DNA of 64,000 nt from Monocercomonoides exilis PA203. Its lineage: Eukaryota; Protista; Preaxostyla. Position numbers and translations under genes: made by a program. How positions within the stretch are numbered: position 1 is the stretch's first letter; each line of letters opens with the position of its first letter. The notes under the pieces were generated by a model. The model searched no databases and was not told the DNA's origin. It saw only the letters and a list, made by a program, of their open reading frames with translations. Positions 1 to 14,148 of the stretch are shown piece by piece. The DNA lies in assembly GCA_001643675.2 (NCBI GenBank), contig LSRY02000054.1:434001-498000 (forward strand), given 5' to 3'.

Positions 1-124
1 AAAACTGTTTTATATATCTTATTCAAAATGAAATAAAAAGCAAAAAAAAATATTGTACAAAAAATTGATCAAAAATTTTGGTTTAAGTTTTTGTTAATTC
101 TGGTTTAATTGAAATATTTTTGAT

Positions 125-2380
125 ATGTCAGATATGGAAGAAAAAAAGACTATTGTTGTGCACAAAGGAAACTTTCATGCGGATGATGCCTTGTGTTGTG
201 CAATGCTTCAATTACTTCCTGAGTTTGCTTTTGCTTTTTTATTTTTCAATGATTTGATTTGATATTTCAATTTCATGCATTAATCAAATAACTTTTCATT
301 AATTCACTTTTTTGCCCCTGATATTTTCAATTGGGCATTTATATTTTTCTTCCTTTATCTTTGAAATTTTAATCATCTCGCACAATGCAGATATCATGAA
401 GCAGAAATTATCAGAACGTATGAATTGTGTTTCTCTCTTGTTCATATGCATTTAAATGAGTTATTGAAAAATCTGGAATATTGACTTTTGTTTTTAAAAA
501 AAAATATAATTTTTTTGAGAACTGATCCAGCGATTATAGAAAAGAGCACAATTGTGTGCGATGTCGGAGGCATATATGATGCTTCTATTTTAAGATTTGA
601 TCACCATCAAAAGGGATATATGGAAATATTTGGAGGAAAAAGCGCTGGAATCAAGATGGCAGCATCTGGATTAATATACCGCCATTTTGGAAAGCGATTA
701 CTCACGACTATATATCCAAATTTAGCAGAAGATGAATTTTCATTGGTATTTTAAGCTTTTAAGTTCTCTTTTAAAAAACAAATTGAAATACTTATATTTA
801 TTTTTTTCTATATTAAAACAACCTAATCATATTTTTTTATTTCTGTTTTACTGCTGTTTAGAACATTGCTTATAATAAGTTATATTCACGTCTGATAAAA
901 GAAGTGGACGCTGAAGATAATGGTTTGTATTGACTATGTGTTTTGAAGTGTTTCGTGAATAAGAAATCTCGAGGAATTTTAAGTATTTTTTGAGATTATC
1001 TCGTAAAATTTTTTTCAGATATTATTAAAATTTCAACTTTTTTTATTCTTTTTTATCAAAATTGCATCTTATGCATTTATGTTTCTGTTGATACTAATTT
1101 ATTATTATTATTTTATTATTATTTTATTTTTATTTTGACTTTTAATTTAAATTTTAATTTTTTACTCATTTCCCCATTCATTTTGAGGTATTGATCCATG
1201 GAGTGGTGTGGAAGGCTTCAAGCCGCTGTACTCGACCCACACGAATCTCGGTGCGCGTGTGGGCATGCTGAATGTGTGGTGGTGCGAAGACTACAGCCAG
1301 GAGAAAGAGAACACGCGGTTTATGGAGGCAGTGGAGATATGCCGCACGGAGCTGCTCAGCCAGATGAAGTGGGTGGTGGAGGTATGAGTATCCATACATA
1401 TATATATGAATATGTGAGGAGGAAGAGGAAAAGAAGAAGGAGAAAGGGGAAAGGGGAGGGAGAAGAGGGGGAAGAGAGGGAAATAGAAAGAAATGTGAGA
1501 GAAAGTTTATTGAAAATTAAAAAAAGATGTGTTATGAGAATGGTTATTGTGCTTTTGAGTTTGTTCTCGTTTTGTTATTCTTCTGTTTTTTATAGAAATC
1601 ATTTTTTTTTTATCATTAATTCCATTGCTATTATTATAATTCGTGAATTTAAAATCCATAAAGAACTTTTTGCCTGCACGTAAAATTGTACAAGAAGCTT
1701 ATGCAAAACGTGAGGGGCCAATTATGATCATTGAAGGGAAGTGTGGTCCTTGGAAGGAGGTTTGAAAGCAATAAAAGATAGAAAAAATATATTGGTTGCG
1801 AGTAAATAGAGAAAAGAAAGCAAATTATTAAGTTATATGAAGAGTGAGAAAGAAAGAGAAAGAAAGAAAGAGATATTTTCTCTAACATTTCTGAACTGGA
1901 TTGGATTTCTATTTTTTCTTTTTCTATCTCTTATTTATTTATTTATTTGTATGCTTCATTCAATTCTTCAAAATCACTTTGATTTTAAAAAATAATAATA
2001 AAAAATAAATAATGCCCTGAACACAGCATCTGTTTGAAATCGAGGCCGAAGCCAAAGCGGAAGAGCCTGTTTTGAATGTGGTTTCGTTTGACAGGGGAAG
2101 GCAGCAGTGGAACTGCATATGTGTGCCTGACTCCCCTCAGTCGTTTGGTTTGAGGCTTGGCTTCCCTCCTGAGTGGAGGGGGCTGCGCAATGAAGAGCTG
2201 GAGAAAGTGTCTGGGATCAAAGGAACAGTATTTACGCATGCAAGCGGGTTTATGGGTTCAAATGAAACCAAGGAAGGGGCGATTGAGATGGCAAGAAGAT
2301 CTGCTGAGCTACAGAAAGATAAGATGCCTGAAGTGATGCAGTTGTTTAAGTCAACACGTGATTTGTACGCAAGCACATGA
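125..2380 (+). CDS. MYG1: MYG1 (UPF0160) DHH-like 3'-5' exonuclease, about 7 exons
   Basis: Splicing GT-AG introns gives MSDMEEKKTIVVHKGNFHADDALCC, IIRTTDPAIIEKSTIVCDVGGIYD..RFDHHQ, IKEVDAEDNG, GPWKEHLFEIE and SFGLRLGFPPEWRGLRNEELEKVSGIKGTVFTHASGFMG. These are all MYG1 family motifs. Confidence 0.92.
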
Positions 2381-2583
2381 AGTATTTTAATAAACAGATG
2401 GAATATTATCTTTGATTATTTATAAAAAAATCATTGATTTTAACGCTTGATGAATTTTCAAAAAAATTTTTTTAAAAAAGAAAAAACATTTTGAGTGATT
2501 TTCAAAGAAATTTGAATATTTATTTCATTCTAAAAGGTAGTATTTTCAAAATCATGAAGCGTGAAATACATATCTTGTTATGA

Positions 2584-3221
2584 TCATTCTTCAGGAATTT
2601 CTGGATTTTTTTCAGCCATTGCTGTTGGTTGTTTGTTCATATAAAAATTGTACTTGAAATAAATAAAGTTGGAAAAAAAATACATTATTAAAAAAGCAGA
2701 AGCGTGGAAAAAATCAAATATCAAACTTGATATATTAAGTGTGGAATTGAAGGCTTAAATGGAACTGATTTCACTTGAAGCAATTCGGATAGCATTGAAG
2801 CATTTTCTGCAATCGAACTGCAAATAAAAAGTGCATTTTCGGAAGCAAGTTGTTTGCCCATTTCAGCAAATTTCTCCCATGCATCACGAGTTATAAATGG
2901 TGGATCAATAACAACGCAATCAAAGCTATGCTGCATTTCTGGAGGTAATGAAAGAGGTTTCTTATAATCATAGCAAATATATCCTTTTTCGCTTTCCCAC
3001 TGTGAATCAATATCAAGCAAAGCTGAATGCTCAAAAATGTCTTTACTTTGCTGCTTCAATGACATGAAAATTGAGGGACAAGCAACGCATGCAACAGAAT
3101 TGCATTTTTGCCTCTTAATCTCTTCAATAATGCAATTTATCGTTGGTTGGCTGTACCAGTACTGATTATATTCTTCTTTTTCAGGGGTTGTTGAAAGAAA
3201 TCTGTTCGGCTCTAAAGACAT
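2584..3221 (-). CDS. EEF1AKMT1: EF1A lysine methyltransferase 1 (N6AMT2/EFM5 family), 2 exons
   Basis: Contains NQYWYS, ACVACPS, YDY..PL.LP and VVIDPPF motifs. Intron about 2654-2726; last exon reads YNFYMNK...PEE*. Confidence 0.8.
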
Positions 3222-3474
3222 TAAGAAAAATTAACTTCTATTTTGAATAATTTTCCCCTAATAAAAAATTGAACATAATTGTTTTCTTTATTCCATATTT
3301 TTTTGCATATAATAAAGAAATAAATACAAAACTCAACTTATGACTACAGAAGGTATAATTGTTTTATATTTCCAATTTAGCGAATGCTTCAATTAAAATA
3401 TTTATGTAATTTGAAATTTTTTTTAAAAAACTCAAAATAAAAATGTGTAATGTTTATTATGACAAATGATAGTC

Positions 3475-4436
<962 letters not shown>

Positions 4437-4936
4437 TTACAACAATCTCTTTTGATCGCTACCATATCAATTCTTCCAGCGATCAACAAATAATAAATTA
4501 AATATGGCTGCAAACTATTTTTTATTTCTTATTTATGATTTTCTCTCATTTTAAAAAACTCTAATGTGTGCTTTACTTGTTTTATTTTTGTATTTCTTGA
4601 TAAAATTCCTGTAAATTATTAGTCTTTTTTAAGGGATATTTTATCTTTATTGTTTTTCAGTTCAAAAAAAAATGATTTTAAAAATGATAATTTAAGACAT
4701 TTCAAAGAATTGACCGGACGTTAAAAACGGAAGGAGTGGACTCAATCGACACCTTTTGTAAAAAGCATTTTTTGAGTATTTTGATTCATACCCTTTCATA
4801 ATCAAATAATTGATGAGAGAGAATGTTCATAAGTTGTAATTTAAAAAAAGTGAAGCGATAGACAAAAAAGACATAATAAAAAATTTCAATTAGTGATCTA
4901 CTTTGTAATCGGATGTACTTGCTTCGTCTTCTATAT

Positions 4937-5192
4937 GGGTTATTATTTTTGAAATCATATTTTTTCGAAGAAGTTTTTCGGTTAAAAATTTCTTTTTAGG
5001 ATAATTGTCAATGAACACAGAAAAGAAATAGCTGCAACAAAAATCATCTCTGCCTTTCTTTCACATCAAACAGTGTCTTTTGATTCAATTGAATGAATAA
5101 AACATTTCAACAAAAAGTTTATTTGTGAATTCAAAAGAATTTCATAATAATGCGCCCACAGAAAAATGTTGTGTTTTCAAAAATAATTACCC
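4937..5192. mobile_element. Non-autonomous DNA transposon (MITE), GGGT-TIR family, 4-bp TSD ATAT
   Basis: Left end GGGTTATTATTTTTGAAA and right end TTTCAAAAATAATTACCC, flanked by ATAT at 4933-4936 and 5193-5196. Related copies occur at 5999, 25467 and 55194. Confidence 0.75.
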
Positions 5193-5288
5193 ATATCTTT
5201 TGTATCGAAATTATAATAGAAAAAATCTTCAACAACATATAATTCATCTTAACTTGATTCCTCATTTGTATTTACAGAATCACTATTA

Positions 5289-5684
5289 CAGATATCGCAT
5301 AAAATACCGGACATCGCACAAAATACCGGACAAGATCGATATCTCAATAACCACAAGAAGAAAAATTCTGTTAATTTTCCTCAAAATATATCTCATTGAT
5401 TAAAACTCAGTTGATAAACGAGACTTTCAGGACAGCTTCGCTTGAGCTCAGAAAAAATTATTTTTGAAATCTCGGAGAAACTCAAAATACTATTTCTCCG
5501 AGATTTTAAAAATATTTTATTCTGAGCACAAATGAAGCTATTCATTAAGCCTCGATTATCAAATGAGTTTGAACTGATGAGATGAATTTTGAGGAAAATA
5601 GTCAGAATTTTTCTTCTTACAGTTATTGTGAAATCGACCTTGTCCGGTATTTTGTGCGATGTCCGGTATTTTATGCGATATCTG
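5289..5684. mobile_element. Fold-back (whole-length palindromic) MITE with TA TSD, Tc1/mariner/pogo-type ends
   Basis: TA|CAGATATCGCATAAAATACCGGAC...GTCCGGTATTTTATGCGATATCTG|TA. The arms pair imperfectly along nearly all 396 bp, and each TIR contains a tandem 19-bp repeat. Confidence 0.85.
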
Positions 5685-5689
5685 TATCT

Positions 5690-6833
5690 TTTTTTTCATT
5701 ATGGGTTTCGTTATCTTTAAAAAAGAAAATTTTTTGACAAAATTTGACGAAATCCAGATTCTTTCTTTTGAAAGAAATAAATCCACAATTGTATCATATA
5801 TGAACCGATCTCTGATACCTGTTGTGGATAAAAATTTTCTAAATTGCGACTAAATTCCTTCAATCATATTTGTACATACTCCGTCTTCAGTTCTGTAACG
5901 ATACTTGTGACATACTGTCTTGTGTGAATATCCATATTCAGGTAATGATCTATATGCAAGCCATTCATCGGAGCAAATCATGCTATTTTTTCTTATGTGG
6001 GTAATTCTTTTTGAAAAGTCGCAAATGTTTAATTTTCGTATAAATCAAAAATTTCATATTTTTAAAAATTATTAGAAAGAGAACATCAAACTTCACTAAT
6101 ATGGAATCTATCTCTTGATAATGCTATTTCACACATTCTGAAGAAGAATCGTGAATGAAAACTGAAATTTGAGCATTATATGAAATATTTGATATATTTG
6201 AAAATAAAACGTTTGCGACTTTTCAAAAAGAATTACCCATGTTTGTTATTATAATTGGAATAAGGCTTTCTTTTTTTTTATTTCGAACTCTAACAATTGC
6301 TTAATAACCTGGTTTGTCCAATATATTCTTTTCAACCATTCAGAAAAGTCAAATCTGTTTTATTATTTTTCCTCTTTTGCACTTTCTTCGACGAAGCAAC
6401 ATTTCATCAATATCAACAATCATATTTTTTTCCTCCAATCCACAATGATTCCTACAGCAATGACTCCAACCTTATTTTTCGAGCTGTATTTGAGTAAAAA
6501 GAAACGGTAGATGGGTCCACGTTAAGAAGAATAGATATTTGAGTTATATTTAAACGTAGGAAAAGTTAAAGAAGTAACATCAATAATTTTGAAATCCCCA
6601 ATTTTGTATGATAATTAATCAAATTGGTAAATGGTGATTTTCTTCTTTTGCATTAAGGACAGCGAAGAATAAATGATGATACTGAATTTCTTCCAAGAAA
6701 CATAAATGAACCACAAAATCTTCACTTTGTTTTTGATATATCAAGAATTTGAGTCCTAAACCATTCTCAACAACAACTGATATCATAAAACATTCGAAAA
6801 TTTGTTGATAATTCAAATTCATCTTTCTGCATG
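5690..6833 (-). pseudogene. Merlin / IS1595-family (ISXO2-like) DDE transposase pseudogene
   Basis: The minus strand reads a Zn-ribbon remnant (FCG..M...LRCP*CKRR), then IVDIDE..RRKCKRG, LIPII..IRKNSMICSDEWLAYRSL..YGYSH.TVCH and TNMIEG. It has multiple stops and is interrupted by the 5999-6238 MITE. Confidence 0.8.
5999..6238. mobile_element. MITE, GGGT-TIR family, 4-bp TSD ATGT, inserted in the Merlin transposase
   Basis: 32-bp TIRs GGGTAATTCTTTTTGAAAAGTCGCAAATGTTT / AAACGTTTGCGACTTTTCAAAAAGAATTACCC, with ATGT on both sides. Removing the element plus one ATGT restores the transposase reading frame. Confidence 0.88.
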
Positions 6834-6851
6834 CTCTTGGAAATAGAAAAG

Positions 6852-6892
<41 letters not shown>

Positions 6893-7200
6893 TGTTTAAC
6901 TTTAAAGTTCAAAAATAATCTTCGAAGTTAATTCCAGATTTTATAATGAAGTTTAAAATTCAGTTCAAATTTTATTTAATAGTGAAATGATCGAAAAATT
7001 CACACATAAAGCAAAAATGTCACACATTTACCGCAGATAATTAAGTGTGTTACAAGAATAAATACGTATAAAATATATTTCCTGACGATAGATTTGAAGG
7101 AAGCAAAACACAACGAATTACATAATTTTATTGTGTTAATGTGATGCTAAGATCAATCAATTGAGTTATATTGAAAAAACGATATTGCAAAAGTTGATGC

Positions 7201-7837
7201 TCATTTCTTTTTGTTCTTTGCAGAAGGAGCTTCAATTGTACCTTCCTCATCCTATAAAAAATATTTATTTTAAATCTTGGAAAATAGAAAAATCAATTAA
7301 AACAAAAACCATTTTATCCAAAGCACTAAACAATGCATTTGCCCTTTGTCTCCACTGTTCCACAAATGTATCGTTTTGATGTTTCAAATTAATCATCTCT
7401 GAAAGATCCATTTGTGCTTCTTCCATTTCCTTATCAAGCTGGGGCCGTGAAGGAAGAGATAGAGCCTCTTGTATTGAAGGTTGAAGCGACACAACTTTAT
7501 CTGCATCTTTTTTAGCCTGTTCCAGTTCTAAATCTAACAATGCCAAAGCTTCTGCTCTTGTTTTTGTTTCTGCTTCGATCAGACGAATTCTTTCAGCTAA
7601 GCATTTTTCATCCACAATTTTTGCTTGCCTAACTAGTTGAGCTTGATGCAATATAATTCGCATTCGCATGCATGAAGTGTAAAAAAGCTCTGCTGCCTCT
7701 TCAAGTGTCTTTTCATCAGTGTCGTCATTCTCAATAAGATCAGCTAATTTTTGCTGCTCAACAATCAATAAACGATATTCTTTATCATCTTGAAAATATA
7801 AAGCTCTTGCAGTTGCTATTTTATCGTTTAATGACAT
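7201..7837 (-). CDS. Coiled-coil protein resembling THO complex subunit 7 (THOC7/Mft1), 2 exons
   Basis: About 190 aa and helical. The pattern LELEQAK...LPSR..L.KEME..Q..L.......E..RQ....L.S.L matches THOC7 by eye. Intron about 7252-7309. Confidence 0.5.
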
Positions 7838-8084
7838 GAAATAATAATCAACAATTGATCCATAACCAACAATAATTTTTGGAATCCAAAAAACATCATT
7901 TCATGTTCATCAATTTGTAATTATATCGTTTATTGATTCCACTAAAAGCAATTAATCTACCCATTTTCAAAATTCGAAAATTTTGATTTTAAGATTTTGA
8001 GAGATTTCGTTGCATTTATTCCTGGCAAAGCACGTACGATTTTATAAAAATTACTATTTTGCAAGTGTAATTGCAAAATAATAA

Positions 8085-10411
8085 ATGGGTCATCAAACGT
8101 CGCATTATACAAGCTCACTTTTAAATTATATTATAAATCTACCACAGACTCCAGTACAAGGAATAGAATATGCAATTCATGATTCGTTACAACAAAACGG
8201 ATATGAAGACTCATATTTTTGTCTGTGGCAAATTAAACATAAAGATAAGGATTGGGAAAATGTTGGACAAGGGCCGTATGCAAAATTGCTAAATTTCATT
8301 CTCATATTATGATATAATTCATAAAAATTTCCTTCTTTTAAATGAAGTTTTTATACTCCGAATGAAAAAGATATTGGAGGATTTTTGCGACTCAGTGTTT
8401 ACTCTCAGGAATTGCATTTAAATGAACCAAATTTTCCTCCTCTTCAGCCTCTTCCAAAAGGTGCATTACTTGTTCCACTATCAGAAAGTTTCTCTGAAGT
8501 TCAGCATAAAATGACAGATACTTATCGTAAATATTTTATCCAGATGATGCTTCTTATGCAAGTGTGTCTTATTAAATTTTATAACAAAAAAATTCTAATT
8601 GTTCAAAAAAAATATCAACACGATTTCCCCTCCCTTTCACAACCCAGCCAGTCGCCCCCGCCCCTCTGTACAGCATCCAAAAGAAGCAGGTCTGCCTGCC
8701 TTTGGGGCTGATTGAGTACAGCCGGATGAGCCTTTCGCAGCTCGCCCAGGAGCTTCCGTCGCACTTGACACGCAGCCAGATGGTGAATATGGAGAAGCAC
8801 ATTTCTCTTCTCTCTGATTTTGCGTCTTCTCCTCATGCCTCCCTCGACCAGCGCGTCTGCCCTTCGTCTCAAAGAGCGTTTGTGGGGCTGTCTTCACACG
8901 AGGAAAAAAGGAAATTGGAAGAAATTTTGGGGTGGAAGAAGAAGAATATGATGATGATGATGAGGAAGAAGAAGAATTGGAATGGATGTGAAGATTGTGA
9001 AGAAGGAGATGAGAAGCAGAGAAAGATAAACAAGACTATTAATTCAATAAAGGCAAGAAATACAGTTAATTCAAATAATTCAATGAAATCTGTTAATTCA
9101 TTGAATTCAGCCAACAAGCCAGCCATTCGCACAGCTGCTGCTCGTTTGCTTCGTTTTGTCAGTCCGAAGCTTTCAAAACGTCTTCTTCCTGGTTCTTTCT
9201 CCTTTCTCAATGAAAACATTAATCAAAAATTATTCATTGAAAATAAAGAGAGAGAGAAAGAAGAGAAAGAGAAAGAAGAGAGAGAGAAAGAGAAGAGAGA
9301 GAAAGAGCTGTATTTTGCACTGAAAAGGGCGGTGGAGAAGAGGCCGGTGATTTACACAGTCCATTTGGAGAAGGTTTTTGAGTGGACAAGCAAGTTTTGT
9401 GTGATACCCTTTGGAGAAGGGCTGAGGAGGGTGTGTGAGAGAGAAGGGGGAAAAGAAGAAGAAGAGGAGAGAGAGAAAGAGAAAGAAGAGAAAGAAGAGG
9501 AGGAGGAGAAGAAAGAAGGAGAAGAAAGAAAGGAGAAAAGAGAAGGAAATGAAGAAGAAGAAGAAGAAGAAGAGGAAGAAACGAAATGGGATGGAAGAGC
9601 TCCGGAAACTCTTTTTGAAGATTTGGAAGAAGGAGAAGAAGAAGGAGAAGAAATTGAATCTGAAGATAATGAAGAAGAAGAAGATTATGCAGAAGATACA
9701 GAAGAAGAAGAAGAAGTAGAAAGAAAAGAGGAAGAAGAAGATAAAGAGGAGGAAGAAGAAAACAATGAAGAAGGCAAAGAAGATGGCTTAATCAGGTTTC
9801 GTGCGCCTTCTCCACTTTTTGCAGAGGAAGAAGAAGGAATGAGAAATGAAAAAGATAAAGCTGAAAGAAAAGAAACAATAAAAAAAGAGAAAAAAAGAGA
9901 AAAAAGTTTTCCGGACAAAAATAAAAAAAAAGGGAAGCAAAAAATGATTGAGAAAAATGCAACAAATCAGAATCATATTGAAGTTGATGAACACATTGGT
10001 GTTCTTAATGAAATAAATAAAATTAATTCTTCTTCTTCTCCTTCATCATCATCATCATCATCATCATCTTCTTCTTCTTCTTCTTCAAATTCTTCTTCTT
10101 CTTCTTCTTCATTCTCAAATAGCATCAAACAAAAGATTTCTGCTCTTTTTCCTTCTTTTAGCCACACAAAACCAGAAATTCATTCACAAAACACACAAAA
10201 CACACAAAATTCGCAAAGTCAATTAGAAAATGAAGAAAATGATAACAATCATAATAGTTATAATAACACACAATTAAATTTATCTTCTTCCTCTTCCTCT
10301 TCTTCTTCTTCTTCTTCCTCTTCTTCACAAAATTCTTCTTCTTTAACAAATTCTTCTTCCTCTTCAAATAATTCATTTTCCTCTTCCTCTTCTTCCTCTT
10401 CTTCCTCTTCT

Positions 10412-10443
<32 letters not shown>

Positions 10444-10912
10444 AATTAACCCACAAACCTCAAATAATTCTCTCTTTCGCCCTCCCAATGAAAACTTAGT
10501 TGCTTCGCCTTCTTCTGCTTTTATCCCATTTTCCGGCAGCTTTCACACCCAAAATGGAAAAATTAATATGCAAAATTCAAAATTTGAGCATAATTCGAAT
10601 GAAATAGAGAAGAAGATGTTGATTAATTCTTCTTCTTCTTCTTCTTCTTCTTCTTCTCTAAATTCTTCCTCCTCTTCTTCATTAACTTCTTCATCTTCAT
10701 TTCAAAATTCATCATCATCTTCAAATTCATCATCATCATCAAGTTCTTCTTCTTCCTCTTCTTCTTCTATCATTGAATCACAAAATTCTTGTATTATTCC
10801 TCTTTCTTCTCCTTCTCCCTCTTCTCCTCCTTCTTCTTCCTCCCCTTCTCTTTCTCCTTCTTCTCGTTCTCTTTCTCTTTCTCATCTTTCTTCTTCTTCT
10901 TCTCCTTTTATT

Positions 10913-10944
<32 letters not shown>

Positions 10945-13900
10945 TTCTTCTTCTTCTTCTTCTTCTTCTTCTTCTTCTTCTTCTTCTTCTTCTTCTTCTT
11001 CTTCTTCTTCTTCTTCTTCTTCTTCTTCTTCTTCTTCTTCTTCTTCTTCTCTTTCTCCTCCTCCTCTTCTTATTCCTCAATCAAAAACCACATCTCCTTC
11101 TTTTCCTTCTCATTCTTCTCAAATTAATTCTTCGTTTATTTCTCAAAATTCGATGAAAAACGAAGAAAACACGAAAAATTCAATGAAAAATGATGAAATT
11201 TCGCAAAATTCAATGAAATTTGAAGATTTTACTCGAAATTCAATAAAAAATGACGATTTTTCTCAAAAACAAACAGAAAATCAATCAAATTCTCTATCAG
11301 AAACAACAATTCAACCTCATCCGAAATCTCTTCCTCTTCCTATTTCTTCTTCTTCTTCTTCTTCTTCCCCTCCTCCTCCTTCTCTTCCCCTTCTTCCTCA
11401 TTCTCTTCCTCTTCCTCTACCAAATTCTTTTCCTCTTTCCTCTTCTTCTTCTTCTTCCTCTTCTTCTTCTTCTTCCTCTTCTTCTTCTCTATCTATTTCT
11501 CCGGATTCTTCTTCTATTTCTCCGAAGGAAATGATTACTCAACCAAACAACAAAATAGATACACAAATAGATCAACAACCAAATATTACTTCTTCTTCCT
11601 CTTCTTCTTCTTCCCTTTCTCCTCTTTCTTCTTCTTCCCTTTCCCCCTCTCCTCTTTCTTCTCTTTCTTCTTCTTCTTCTCCTCTTCCTCTTCCTTCTCC
11701 TTCTCCTTCTTCCTCTCCTCTTCCTCCTCCTCTCCCCGTAGAATTCCCTCCCTTCCACTCCTTCACACAGACCACGATGCTTTCTGACCCGCATTTCACT
11801 TGCAATTCGCATCAGCATTTTCATCTCTTAACTTTGAATGTGTCAAGATTTATGGAGTCATTTGTTGAGGAGATGAGGAAGAGAAGGAAAGGAAGAAGAA
11901 GAAAGGGAAAGGAGAAGAGGAAGGGAAGGAAGGGAAGTGATTTAAATTCTTCTTTGAATTCTTCTTCTTCTTCCTCTTCTCCTTCTTTCCCCTCTTCTTC
12001 TTCCTTTTCTTCTTCTTCTTCTCTCCCCCTCTCTCTCTCCTTCCTCCCTTTCATCCCTCACCTCATCGCTTCTGTAGTCCTTCAACAGCTTCCAGACGTA
12101 GTTTGCCTTCAGAAAGTTCCTTGTTCTTCGTTTTTTTTCAGAAAAAAACTGAAAAAAGTGAAGAAAAAAGCGGAGATGAAGATGGAGAAGGAGAAGGAGA
12201 AGGAGAAGGAGAGAGAGAAAGAAAGAGAAAGAGAAGAAAGAGGAGAAAGAAAAGAAGAAAAAGAAATAAATCCATTTCGAATCATTTCAACTTGTTTCAC
12301 TTCGAATCAACAGAAAAAATCACATTCACTTCAACATTCACTTCCTCCTTTCCATTTCATTGTCCCTTCTTCTTCTTCTTCTTCTCTTTCTTCTCCTCCT
12401 CTTCCTTTGAATTCCACTTCAAATCTTTCATCATCATCATCATCATCATCATCATCTTCTTCTTCCTCTTATTCTTCTTCTCCCTCTTCACCCTCCTCCT
12501 CTTCCTCCTCTTCTTCTTCTCCTTCTCCCTTCTCTTCCTTCTCCTCCCCTCTCTTTCATGTGAATGCTCCTCTTGTCGATCAGATTGCCCGGGCGCTGTT
12601 TGCACAATACGACGGTGTGGCTGCTGATGTTTGTGAGTTTGGTGATGAAAATGAATTTAATGAAGAAAATGAAAGAAACGAAAGAAAAGAAGGAAATGAA
12701 AGAGATGATGAAGGAAATACAATGAATGCAATGAATGAAGAGAGAAAAGAGAGAAAAGAAGGAAAAGAAGGAAATATAATGAATGTAAAGAAGGGTACAA
12801 GAAATAATAATTGCGATGATAAATCAGATAATAATTATAACAATAATAATAACAGTAAAAGCAATAGAAAAAGTGGTGGAAGCAATGATTATTACAATAA
12901 TTGTGAAGAACATTCAATAAGCAGCAGCAAAAAAGATAATTCTTCATTTTTTTCTTTCTCTTCGAAACACAATTTTCAATCAGAAGAGAAGAAAAAAAGA
13001 GGAAAACAAACAAATTTAAGTTCGAATTTTAGTTCGAATTACTCGAATTCCGATGTTTTTGCTTCGACTCCTGCAATTTTTCCTGATATTCCATTTGAAT
13101 ACGATGATGACAGCGAAGAAGAAGATGATGAGGAAGATGATGAGGAAGAAGATGAGGAAGAAGAGGAAGAGGAAGAGGAAGAAGATGATGAATTTTTTGA
13201 AGAAGATGATACCAATGAAGAATTTAAAGTTCATATCAATAGAAAGGAAGAAGAAGAAAATGATGAAAAAGAAGAGAATTCCAATCAAACCAACTGTTTT
13301 TCTCATTCAAAACTTAGTTTTCATTCAAAATCACACAAAATTTCATCCAAAAATTCATCCAAAAATACATTCAAACAGACAATTAAACAGAAAAATGGAA
13401 CAAGTTATGTTGACTCAGTCAACTGCATCTTCTTCAAAAGACAAGCACTTTCAGCTAAAATGATCCCATTTGTCGTGAAAATGTTTCCGGACAACTTAAA
13501 TAAGAAGAGTGGAACATGCAACTCAGAAGGAATTGATGAAGAAAAGAGGAGGAGGAAGAAGAAGGATGGGATTGAGAACAAGACGAAGAAAGAAATAGAA
13601 AAGGAAATAACAAATAAATCAGAAAAAGAGGAAAATAAGTCGAAAATGAAGAGTTTTCCTGAATATTCATTGAGAAAACTCAAATTAAACAGAGATAATC
13701 AAATTCCATCAAAAATCATTGAAAAGTCATCAATTTCAAAGAAATTGGCAAAAGAAGTGGAAAAAGAGTTGAAAATGCAGCAGGAGAAATTTATTTCAAG
13801 GAGAAGCAGATTCAAAGGATTTCGTGTTCTGCTTCCATCTGATGCAATAAGTGAAAAAGAGAAAGAGAAAGAGAATGAATTTGGAATGAAAAGAATGAGG

Positions 13901-14116
13901 CTAATTCAAAGGGAAAGTTTCAAAATGAATGAAATTTCTTCTTCTTCTTCCTCCTTTTCATCATCATTTAATCCAATGACAAATAATCAATCCTCCTCCT
14001 CCTCCTCTTCTTCTTCTTCCATTCGCTTTCTTAGGATGCGAGCACTTTGTGTTGTTCTCGAAATGAATCCAAAGACATACAACGGAACGCGTCTGGGAAG
14101 TGAATACAAAAATGTT

Positions 14117-14148
<32 letters not shown>

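Noticed and set aside
1198-1683. 161-aa ORF from the track as a separate gene
   Set aside because: It is an off-frame read of a MYG1 exon running into an intron.
6851-6888. Poly-A tract as a retrocopy tail (also 44242-44267 and 46949-46988)
   Set aside because: No TSD, RT remnant or processed gene is adjacent, and homopolymers are common in this DNA.
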